Assembly (NCBI GenBank): GCA_049968235.1
Contig: JBMFRC010000001.1
Location: 256,001-320,000 of the forward strand
Origin: Candidatus Hydrogenedens sp.
GTDB lineage: Bacteria; Hydrogenedentota; Hydrogenedentia; Hydrogenedentales; Hydrogenedentaceae
Direction: 5' to 3'
Length of the DNA: 64,000 nucleotides
Shown: positions 11,083-20,300 of the stretch, one piece after another
Numbering within the stretch: position 1 is the first letter of the stretch
Layout of the letters: each line of letters begins with the position of its first letter
The notes under the pieces: model-generated
What the model saw: only the letters and a program-made list of their open reading frames with translations
Database searches by the model: none
What the model was told of the DNA's origin: nothing
Translations under genes and position numbers: made by a program

Positions 11083-11172
11083 ATAATTAGATAAGAGACA
11101 GAAAGGAGGTGAATATATAGAATAATAAAAAAAAAAACAAAATTAATTTTCTTTCATAAGAGGAGACCTTAT

Positions 11173-12207
11173 ATGAAAAAAACAGGATTTACTTTAATTG
11201 AATTGCTTGTCGTCATAGCAATCATAGGTATTCTTGCGGCGATATTATTGCCCGCATTAGCACGTGCTCGTGAGGCGGCACGCAGGTCCAGTTGTCAGAA
11301 TAACCTCAAACAATGGGGATTGGTCTTTAAGATGTATTCAAATGAATCGAAGGGTGAACGTTTCCCACCATTAGAATTAGAAGTAGCACAGCGAGAGGAT
11401 AATGGACAATGGAATTTATTTATTGCAGCAGGTCCGAAAGTAAAGGCTATTTATCCTGAATATCTAACAGACCCATCCATTGCTATTTGTCCATCCGATT
11501 CTCAAGACACAGTTAACGATACATTAAAGGGCGCTAGTTTCCCATCATTAGGGATTACGCCAAACGATTTTCATTTTGGTTTCTATCTCGGTGGAGGGAC
11601 CGGGGTTAATGTGATTGATGCCAGTTATGCCTATTTCGGCTGGGTATTCGACCGCATGGGAGATAGAGCCGAAGATTTAGTCCCCATAAATTCACTTCCA
11701 ACCGAAGTGCAAATGTTTGTAAATCTCATCGGAAATGTAAATTTAACAGGGGACCAACTCGTTCCTGCACAACTTCCGCTTGCTATTGCTCAAATGGCTC
11801 TTAACCATCCAAAGGGTATAGCAGCGTTACAAGCAGCAAATTCACATTCAGCCCCAAGCCCGGATCAAATTGCAGATTTAAATAATGGGGTGGATGGTGA
11901 TGTTTCTGGCAATTTACTTGCAGGCTACGGTAATGGTGGTTCAAATACTGTCTATCGTCTTCGTGAAGGTATTGAACGGTTCATGATTACTGATATTAAT
12001 AATCCTTCAGCAACAGCCCAAGCACAGAGCAGTATTTTTATCATGCTTGACCAATTAGGAACTGGTGGAACAACTGTTCTTTTCAATCACATTCCCGGTG
12101 GATGCAATGTGTTGTATTTAGATGGACATGTCGAATTTATTCGCTACCCGACAAAACAACCCATAAATCAAGGGGTTGCAAATATTATGGCTCTCTTCTC
12201 TGCATAG
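11173..12207 (+). CDS. Prepilin-type N-terminal cleavage/methylation domain protein, DUF1559 / H-X9-DG family (type IV pilin-like)
   Basis: N-terminus [29 protein letters not shown] is the class III signal/pilin motif. The C-terminal [13 protein letters not shown] matches the H-X9-DG signature. This family is abundant in Planctomycetes/Verrucomicrobia-like genomes. Confidence 0.75.
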   Translation: MKKTGFTLIELLVVIAIIGILAAILLPALARAREAARRSSCQNNLKQWGLVFKMYSNESKGERFPPLELEVAQREDNGQWNLFIAAGPKVKAIYPEYLTDPSIAICPSDSQDTVNDTLKGASFPSLGITPNDFHFGFYLGGGTGVNVIDASYAYFGWVFDRMGDRAEDLVPINSLPTEVQMFVNLIGNVNLTGDQLVPAQLPLAIAQMALNHPKGIAALQAANSHSAPSPDQIADLNNGVDGDVSGNLLAGYGNGGSNTVYRLREGIERFMITDINNPSATAQAQSSIFIMLDQLGTGGTTVLFNHIPGGCNVLYLDGHVEFIRYPTKQPINQGVANIMALFSA

Positions 12208-12230
12208 TAAAAATTCTATCTCTTAATCTC

Positions 12231-12272
12231 ATACCCTGACCTATTCCAGGATAGGTCAGGGTATCTTTTTCT
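12231..12272 (+). terminator. Rho-independent terminator after the DUF1559 gene
   Basis: Perfect 14-bp stem (ATACCCTGACCTAT / ATAGGTCAGGGTAT) with a 6-nt loop, followed by CTTTTTCT. Confidence 0.65.
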
Positions 12273-12374
12273 CACCGCATTTATTTTCTATCTCCTGTTA
12301 AAAATCTATATATCCATGTGAAATATATCTTAAAAAATATTCGTTATTATTATTGTAAAAGAAAGGATTAAAAT

Positions 12375-12965
12375 ATGAAACATATAACAAAATCTTTTCT
12401 GATGTTCGCCATATCTATTTTTTCTGTTTCATCTGTTTGGAGTGCAAATATAGATACCTACAACATTGATACGGTGCATTCTTCTGTATGGTTTCGTATA
12501 CTGCATTTAAATGTTAGTCCTACGTATGGTGCTTTTGGAGACATTTCCGGGACAATTCAATTTAATACAGAACATATAGATAAATCTTCTATTGAAGTTA
12601 TTATTAAAACCGCCAGTGTAAACACACTTAATGATAAACGCGACGAACATCTTCGTAGTGCAGATTTTTTCAATGTTGAACAGTTCCCCGAAGCAAAATT
12701 TAAAAGCACTTCCTGGGAACGGATTGATGTTAATCGCTACCGCATTAAGGGAATATTGACTCTCCTTGGTGTGGATAAACCTATTGAATTTGAGGCACGA
12801 TTAGTTGGCGAAGGAAAAGGAAGAAATAATGAAGACCGTCTTGGTTTTGAAGCCGTTTTTACAATTAAAAGAAGCGATTTTGGAATGGTGAAATATTTAC
12901 CTTCCCAAATTGGTGATGAAGTATCTATCACTGTGGGTATTGAAGCGGAAAAAGTATCGAAATAA
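12375..12965 (+). CDS. YceI-like periplasmic polyisoprenoid-binding protein
   Basis: Signal peptide followed by a YceI-family beta-barrel pattern (VHSSVWFRILHL...TASVNT...LRSADFF...). Confidence 0.7.
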   Translation: MKHITKSFLMFAISIFSVSSVWSANIDTYNIDTVHSSVWFRILHLNVSPTYGAFGDISGTIQFNTEHIDKSSIEVIIKTASVNTLNDKRDEHLRSADFFNVEQFPEAKFKSTSWERIDVNRYRIKGILTLLGVDKPIEFEARLVGEGKGRNNEDRLGFEAVFTIKRSDFGMVKYLPSQIGDEVSITVGIEAEKVSK

Positions 12966-12975
12966 GAACATCAAT

Positions 12976-13512
12976 CTATAAAAGTTTTTTTTCTTTTAAT
13001 CGATAGAACATAGCTTGCAGGGCAATGTAGGTCTTGCTATCTTCAAAGTGAAATGTCCTTAGTTTCTCTTCAACCTCGTAAATAGGGATTTTTACAATCT
13101 CAATGTTTTCATCCTCGTCCGGTTTCGTGCCAACAAATTCTAAATCAGTAGCAAAGTAATAATGGATAATTTCCGAACAATAACCCACAGAAGAATAAGC
13201 CGAGCCTAAATATTCAAAGACACCAGCCCGATAACCTGTTTCTTCTTCCAGTTCTTTCTTGGCTCGTTCCATCGGATTATCGTTTCCTTCCATCTTACCT
13301 GCAGGTGCCTCCAAAATGTATTTTCCGATTGCAATTCGAAATTGTCTTACAAGAACAACTTGCTCTTTATCCAGAACAGCAATGCAAACACCTCCGGGAT
13401 GTTCTACCACCTCGCGAAATGCGGTTTTACCATCTTCTAGTGAAACATTGCCCGTTCGGAGATTTACAATTTTCCCTTCGTAAATCAGTGATGCCTCTTT
13501 CCATCGTTCCAT
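12976..13512 (-). CDS. NUDIX hydrolase (ADP-ribose pyrophosphatase-like)
   Basis: The Nudix box is recognisable as GKMEGNDNPMERAKKELEEETGY, with conservative substitutions. Confidence 0.6.
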   Translation of the reverse strand: MERWKEASLIYEGKIVNLRTGNVSLEDGKTAFREVVEHPGGVCIAVLDKEQVVLVRQFRIAIGKYILEAPAGKMEGNDNPMERAKKELEEETGYRAGVFEYLGSAYSSVGYCSEIIHYYFATDLEFVGTKPDEDENIEIVKIPIYEVEEKLRTFHFEDSKTYIALQAMFYRLKEKKLL

Positions 13513-13513
13513 C

Positions 13514-14284
13514 TTAAAAACTATCGCCTCCGCCTATTAATCGTCCTAACATACCCAATCCTTTTCCTCCTCCTCCCACATTTGTCTCTTCACGATTCCT
13601 ACGCGATGCAGAAATAATCCGGTCCGCAAGACGCGAAAAAGGCAAGGTCTGAAGATATATTTTTCCCGGTCCCTGCAATGTAGCAAGAAACAATCCTTCA
13701 CCTCCGAACAGAACATTCTTAAAACCGGACATAAATTGAATATCATATTTCACGGTAGATGCAAAGCCTGCAATACAGCCTGTGTCCACACGGAGTGTTT
13801 CTCCTGCGGATAACTCCCGCTCTAAAACGGTCCCCCCAATATGCACAAAAACGAAACCGTCTCCTGTTAATTTCTGCAATATAAATCCTTCTCCACCAAA
13901 CAAACCTATACCTATTTTCTTTACCAGTGTCGGTGCTATTTCTACTCCACCTGCTGCACACAAAAAAGCGTCTTTCTGGCAGATGAATGTCCCATTAAAC
14001 ATCTTTAAATCAATGGGTATAATCTTCCCCGGATACGGAGCTGAGAAAATTACATTTGCCCTTTCACTCCCTTTATTATAAAAATTCGTAATAAAAAAGG
14101 ATTCGTCTGTTAGCATCCGTTTCAGCCCTTTCATAAGTCCACCTGCACTTGTCTGCATTTCAATACCATTATCCATCGAGAGCATAGCCCCTGCTTCAGC
14201 AAACACCGATTCTCCCGGGTCGAGGGTTATTTGCACTGCTTGCATATCATCACCGTAAATTTGATAATCAATCTTATCTGCCAT
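13514..14284 (-). CDS. AIM24 / TIGR00266 family protein
   Basis: 256 aa. GEGLFLATLQGPGKIYLQTLP and a C-terminal Gly-rich tail match the bacterial AIM24-domain family pattern. Confidence 0.6.
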   Translation of the reverse strand: MADKIDYQIYGDDMQAVQITLDPGESVFAEAGAMLSMDNGIEMQTSAGGLMKGLKRMLTDESFFITNFYNKGSERANVIFSAPYPGKIIPIDLKMFNGTFICQKDAFLCAAGGVEIAPTLVKKIGIGLFGGEGFILQKLTGDGFVFVHIGGTVLERELSAGETLRVDTGCIAGFASTVKYDIQFMSGFKNVLFGGEGLFLATLQGPGKIYLQTLPFSRLADRIISASRRNREETNVGGGGKGLGMLGRLIGGGDSF

Positions 14285-14402
14285 TGTTCTTTTCCTTTTT
14301 TAAGGTTTGTTAAAAAGAGACCTCAAAAACCAAGCATGCCCAGTAGCAGTATAACATATTTCCTGTATTTAGCAGATAGTTATCAATACGGCGTGATTCA
14401 AT

Positions 14403-14431
14403 TTGAATAGTGAAAATATTTTCACTATAAT
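14403..14431 (+). promoter_or_regulatory. Near-consensus sigma70 promoter (TTGAAT-17-TATAAT) whose spacer is an 18-bp perfect palindrome (candidate operator)
   Basis: TTGAAT at 14403-14408 and TATAAT at 14426-14431. The palindrome AGTGAAAATATTTTCACT at 14409-14426 fills the spacer. SD AGGAGA at 14447-14452 is followed by the ATG at 14459. Confidence 0.55.
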
Positions 14432-14458
14432 ATAAAAATATAGTTTAGGAGATAAATT

Positions 14459-17191
14459 ATGGATACTATTCAAACTTTACGCAAATCAGGCTTTCCGGAA
14501 GCACTACTTAAAGAGTATCAAAATTTCTGTTATGAACTCCTTCCTTTACAAAGGGAAGCCATTGAGAACAGAACTTTATTTTCGGAACCGCATCTGCTTA
14601 TCCATGCACCGACCAGTGCAGGCAAAACTTTTCTGGCGGAATTGGCTATGGTTCATACTTACCTTCAACGCGGGAAATCGGTATATCTTGTTCCTTTGCG
14701 TGTGCAGGCAGAAGAAATTTTTCGAACATTGCGAGAGCGATACAAACGACATGGTATACACATTTTGATTTCTACAAGCGATTACCGTCATCATGACCCA
14801 TGGCTGGAACAGGGGCGATTTCATATTGCGGTTGTAGTTTATGAAAAAATGTTTCAGTTAATTGCCCGTCAACCTTCAGTACTCAACAAAATAGGGTTAA
14901 TGGTATTCGATGATATTGATTTAATCTTTGACCCTGAACGGGGCTTAACAGCCGATTTTCTTTTAACACGATGTCTCGGCTCCTCTGTCCGATGTATGGC
15001 GTTGTCTGCCTGCCTTCCCAAACCTGCCATGATGGCAGAATGGATGAAGGCGAAACTTATCCAGTCCGGGACACGACCTGTTCCTTTGAAAAAAGGAGTA
15101 ATGTATAACGGGATTTTTTACTATTCGGATGAAACAGGGCAAGTAAAGGAAGAATACCTATTCGACACATCTCTATTTTCTGAACTCCCTTATTTACAGG
15201 GGGTTAAAGAATTTGTTCATAGAGGTGAAACCTGTCTTATTTTTATGAAAACGCGAAACGAGGTTCGTTCATTTGCATGGGAATTATCTGAATCTTTGAA
15301 CCTTCCTCCGGCGGAACAGGCAAGTGAACAAATTAAATCGCTGGAACCTACCCGAGCCCGTGATGCCCTATTACATGCTTTTCAACACGGTATCGGCTTC
15401 CATTATAGCGATTTACTACCGGAAGAACGGCAGATTGTGGAAAATGCCTTTCGCAAAGGAGAAATCCGTGTTTTAGTCGCAACCAGCACTTTAGCCAAAG
15501 GGTTAAACCTTCCCGTGCAAAATGTCTTTATTTCGCATGAAAAATGGTATTACACAGACAGGCAGGGAAACGGTGGAAACATGCCCCTTTCATCTTCGGA
15601 ATATGAAAATATGGCAGGCAGAGCCGGCAGATATGGATACACGGACCAGCCCGCACGGGCTATACTTGTCGCCAATAGTGAAGAGGAAAAAGACTTGTTA
15701 TTGTCCACGTATATTCTAAAATCCTCTCCTCCCACTTTCTTATCGGATGAATTTTCGCCTGTACATTTGCCCATGCTCAGCGTTATCGCTTCTTACGAAA
15801 CGGTTACAATGGAACACATTGTAGAATTCTTCCAGTCTTGCTGGCGGGTTAGAGAACAACTACTTTTTAATAACAACCAGAACACCTATTCCGTATGTGC
15901 AAATGATTTTATGGATTCATACATTCGCAGAGGCTTCTGTATAAAGAAAAGTTTACACCGATTTGGACTGACCCCACGGGGACAGATAGTCGCTACAAAA
16001 GGTGTTTCCCCGGAAACTATAGAACAATTGGAACAATGGTTGAACTTGATACGTGGACGGGAACGAGATGAATTGGATGCTCTATTTATTTCATCGATCA
16101 CTCCCGATGCATGGTTACCTCAATTTGAACTGTCCATAAACGAGTTCCATTCTCAGATATATATGGAACGGTTAAAAGAATATCCCCTGAAAACCCCGTG
16201 GGATGTTATGACTCCTTTACAAAAGTTTCAACAAGGCTTAGCGGAACCGAATATTCACGAGGTTAAAGGATTAAAAATAGCGTTCGTTCTGCGAGAATGG
16301 ATGAATGGAAAGTTGCTCTCAGAAATAGAAGAAGAATTTTATGTTTCAGCGGGGCAGGTCGTCCAGGCGGGAGTGCGTATTGCATGGATTTTGGAGGTAC
16401 TTGCTCAATTGGCAGAAATGATGAATATTAATAACGTCGATGATTTTCGAAGATTATCGGAGCAGGTGCGATGGGGCATACCTGCTGAAGGTTTGTCCCT
16501 TGCCCGAACCTATGAAGGTTCACTCTCACGCTCACAGATGCTCTCCTTATACGCAAATGGCATATATACTATAGAACAAATTGCCAAAATACCCCCAGGT
16601 GAGTTATTAAAATATATTCCTGAGGATAAAATCAATATAATAAAACAACTGTCCCAGAAAATACGCACAAAAAACTTTAAGTTCCCATCGCTTTCCCATT
16701 CATTCGCCAGAACAAACAAAAACCATCTGGAAAAAACTCGTTGGACACAGACACACCCGATACAGACTTCGAAGGACATTCCTTATCACTCTACACCTAA
16801 AGATATTATTACACAGCAGGAAGAATCTCCTTCTACGGCAGAAAATCATACGCAAGAAGGACAAAAGAATATCCTGTTAGTCCTTGATATGAAACGTCCC
16901 GGTGAAGTCTGGTTAGAAGGGAAAAAGATTCGTCTACCTGAAAAACAATACCGACTGCTTTATCTTCTTTCCCGAAATGCTGGCTGTTGTGTCTCTTATG
17001 ATGAGGTCTATAAGGAATTATGGAATGACATTATCGTTGAAGATGCACAGATGGCTTTTCAAAAATGTATGCTTTTACAGAAATTATGTGAAGTGTCCCC
17101 CTTATGGAAAGAACGGCTACGCACCATTCCAAAACGCGGGTTTATTTTAGACTTACCGCCGGAAAAGGTTCTCCTTAAATCTACCAGATAG
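14459..17191 (+). CDS. Hel308/Ski2-like superfamily-2 helicase homolog fused to a C-terminal OmpR/PhoB-type winged-helix DNA-binding domain
   Basis: Motif I APTSAGKT; motif II region reads VFDDIDLIFDPERG (DDID where Hel308 has DEIH); motif III LSACLPK (SAC instead of SAT); RPVPL; motif VI MAGRAGR. An HhH-like segment is present. The C-terminus (RLPEKQYRLLYLLSRNAGCCVSYDEVYKELW...RLRTIPKRGFILD) matches the trans_reg_C (OmpR) pattern. Confidence 0.65.
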   Translation: MDTIQTLRKSGFPEALLKEYQNFCYELLPLQREAIENRTLFSEPHLLIHAPTSAGKTFLAELAMVHTYLQRGKSVYLVPLRVQAEEIFRTLRERYKRHGIHILISTSDYRHHDPWLEQGRFHIAVVVYEKMFQLIARQPSVLNKIGLMVFDDIDLIFDPERGLTADFLLTRCLGSSVRCMALSACLPKPAMMAEWMKAKLIQSGTRPVPLKKGVMYNGIFYYSDETGQVKEEYLFDTSLFSELPYLQGVKEFVHRGETCLIFMKTRNEVRSFAWELSESLNLPPAEQASEQIKSLEPTRARDALLHAFQHGIGFHYSDLLPEERQIVENAFRKGEIRVLVATSTLAKGLNLPVQNVFISHEKWYYTDRQGNGGNMPLSSSEYENMAGRAGRYGYTDQPARAILVANSEEEKDLLLSTYILKSSPPTFLSDEFSPVHLPMLSVIASYETVTMEHIVEFFQSCWRVREQLLFNNNQNTYSVCANDFMDSYIRRGFCIKKSLHRFGLTPRGQIVATKGVSPETIEQLEQWLNLIRGRERDELDALFISSITPDAWLPQFELSINEFHSQIYMERLKEYPLKTPWDVMTPLQKFQQGLAEPNIHEVKGLKIAFVLREWMNGKLLSEIEEEFYVSAGQVVQAGVRIAWILEVLAQLAEMMNINNVDDFRRLSEQVRWGIPAEGLSLARTYEGSLSRSQMLSLYANGIYTIEQIAKIPPGELLKYIPEDKINIIKQLSQKIRTKNFKFPSLSHSFARTNKNHLEKTRWTQTHPIQTSKDIPYHSTPKDIITQQEESPSTAENHTQEGQKNILLVLDMKRPGEVWLEGKKIRLPEKQYRLLYLLSRNAGCCVSYDEVYKELWNDIIVEDAQMAFQKCMLLQKLCEVSPLWKERLRTIPKRGFILDLPPEKVLLKSTR

Positions 17192-17234
17192 GTCTGACAG
17201 GTCTGATGAGTCATACCCATCAGACCCAGCGTAC

Positions 17235-17267
17235 AAAAAAAGCGGGACACCTTCTCAGGTGTCCCGC
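17235..17267 (-). terminator. Intrinsic terminator between convergent genes (best orientation for the minus-strand giant gene)
   Basis: 11-bp GC-rich stem GCGGGACACCT / AGGTGTCCCGC (17242-17252 and 17257-17267) with loop TCTC. An A7 run on the plus strand gives a U7 tail on the minus transcript. A second 9-bp hairpin lies at 17200-17226. Confidence 0.55.
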
Positions 17268-17300
17268 TCAAATAATCACTTCAAGCGTTCACGCAACGAT

Positions 17301-20300
17301 TTAGCGTTGCCGTCTCCGCAGTGTGAATACACCTGCCAGTGCACTCAACGCACTAACTAGTGCTATACTCACGGCACCTGCAACAGGTATGCCACTGCCT
17401 TTCGTCAATGTTGCAACACTGCTATATATGACATCCGTCAGGTCATCACTTATCACACAGCGATATTGACCTACATCTTCCTCATTAAACGGCGTGAATA
17501 CAAGTGTATTCGATGTAGCACCGCTGATGTTACCGCCATTGGTCAGGTTCACCCACGCTTTACCACCTTCGCCATCAGATTTCTGCCACTGATAATGCAG
17601 TGTGCCGATACCACCTTGAGCGGTCACACTCATGGAGAAGTTATCGCCCGGTACCACTTCCGCATTGGATATATCACCGGTTATGGAGATATGATTGGCG
17701 ATACGGACACGAGCCTGACTTGACACATGCGTATTTACAAGGTCCGTAATTTCTACCTGATACATATAGGTACCCGGTGTTAATGTGGCTGGGTCAACTG
17801 TCAGGATAAATGTATTTTCTCCAAATTCAACAGAGCCACTATCTACCACAGACCCATTGCGTTTCCACTCATAGGTGTCATAACCGGGGATAAATATACC
17901 ACCGCTGATTGTTGCTCTCAGATCAAATGCTGAGGAATCTACATACGCATCCGCATTCTGCGGTTGCGCTACATACTGCAGGTATTCACCAACATACACG
18001 GTCCGTTCGACCGGTGTGCCCGTGTGTCCGCTATAATCTTTCGGTGTGTAGGTAATCACATACATGCCCGAAGTATTTACATCCACCGTGCCTACAATTT
18101 CTGTCAGAACAGTTACACCGCCCCAGCATGGGTCATCTGCGGTGTATCCCGGTTCAACCCACGGTGTTCCTAATTTCCACGGTAGCGGGTTAGCACCTTG
18201 CAATGTTACTACCGGCAAATCATTGTCCACGACTTCCACTGTGCGATAGACAATGGTTGTCTGCGGATTTTCTGGGTCATGGTCGATTACTTTGTATTCA
18301 ATCTGATATGTGCCGGGTTCGGCAATATTCAGTGTGCTGGTCACAATTACTTCTTCTGTCAAATCACCATCTTCAGGGTCTTGCGCCACATAACCCGGTT
18401 CGACATATTCTTCTTTACAATCAATGCTCATCGGATTATCGCCTAACAGCGTTATCTCCGGTGGCTGGTTCACAATAATCTTCACGACACGGGTCTTTTG
18501 TTCGGCTACATTACCATTGAGGTCTGTATAATCATAGGTTACAACATATTCACCTGCATCAGATGGCAATAATGGGCAATTGCTCGGCACGGCATCTCCA
18601 CCTACGACTGCTTCACCGGTACCATCGCAATTATCTGTCCAGAATGCACCTTCTTCAACATAACAATCAATATTTGCCACTAACAGGACATACGACGCAC
18701 CACGCAATTGGATTTCCGGTGGTGTTACATCGCGCACCGTTACTTGTGCCGTTGCAGATGCCTGATTGCCGTTTACATCATAGGCTGTCAGATTTACTGT
18801 CTGCGGGGTTAACCGGTCAGCACAGGTAAATGTCGTCCGGTCTAATTCAAGATGGTCAATACTGCAATTATCTGTTGTGCCATTATCTACATCTGCCGGG
18901 ACAATAGTTGCCTGATTGGTCTCATCGAGGTCAACCGTAATATTCTTTGTTACCACAGTAGGTGGTAAATTATCCTCAACCATTACGGTCGCCAGACAGG
19001 TATTCTGCAAGTTCGCTCCATCCGTCACTGTCAACAACACCTGATTCTGTCCAATATTGGCACAGGTATATGTTGTTGGCGGAATGCTTAAGCTCAATGG
19101 ACCGCAGTTATCTGTGCTACCACCATCCAATTCGCTTGCAGTAAGTGTGTATTGTCCTGAAGAATTCAGATAGACTGTAATATTCGCACATACCGCTGTA
19201 GGATTGGTTACATCATTTACCGTTATCGTAGCATCGCATGTGCCCTGAGAGCCTGCATAGTCTATCACCGTTACTGTCCTCTGTGTGCTCGGTCTATCAC
19301 CACAGGTGAGGTTTACATTTTCCTGACCACTTACCACTATTTTCCAGATGCCACCGGGCACTGTGCTATTTGCGATGTCCAGTAACGAATTTGCAGGTAT
19401 GATCTGATTACCAGTCTCGTCTAAATCAACGGATATATTCTTGCAAACCAGGTTCATCGGTTGTTTCACCAATTCATACGCACCGCGGTCAGACGCAGAA
19501 TCTTGCGGTCTCGACACACCCTGGATATCGTAGTTCGGACTCGTTAGTGTCGAAGCATCAACGAACGGCGAAGCATTCGTCAATTTGAATGTCGGAGGTG
19601 GGAACACGTTATTGAACAGTGGGTCAACCGTCTGTGATGTATCACTTTCGAGTATCTGTAAGCCCGCACAAGACGGATTCGAAGCAGGGCAGAAGGTCTC
19701 TATGCAACCTGGTACATTCTGCCAGAAGATACTGCTATGAACCTGACCCGAACCCGTCGTATTATAGTTAAATATAGCTGAACTGGTTAAGCCATATAGG
19801 CCACCTGTTGTATTATCAACCGTATTACCTACAAATGTACTGAATTTAATTGTCGGGTCTGCCATATTGTTGAATATAGCACCACCACCACGCATCGGAT
19901 TACCCGCACTATCCAATAACCGATTCGCTCTATTATTGTAGAACACGCAGTTGATTATCGTAGCATTAGCGGAACTACCGCCATAAGATTCATTAGAAAT
20001 CGCACCACCAGATACTGCCGCAATATTGTCATAGAATGTGCAGTTCGCAATTACCGGTTGTGATATCCAGTTATACAAACCCGCACCACGCCATGTATGA
20101 TAATCGCCGGCAACACCGCTGGCACGACCACCACGGATATCAAAGCCATCTATACGAACATTTACGGCAGGTTGTGTTGAACTACCTACAACAATAACAT
20201 GATACGCAGGAGAACCGCCACGCGATACGGAACCATCGATAATTGTTACTACATTCCGCACTGCACGTTTCGCACGAATATCCTCTTGCATGCCCCAGTA

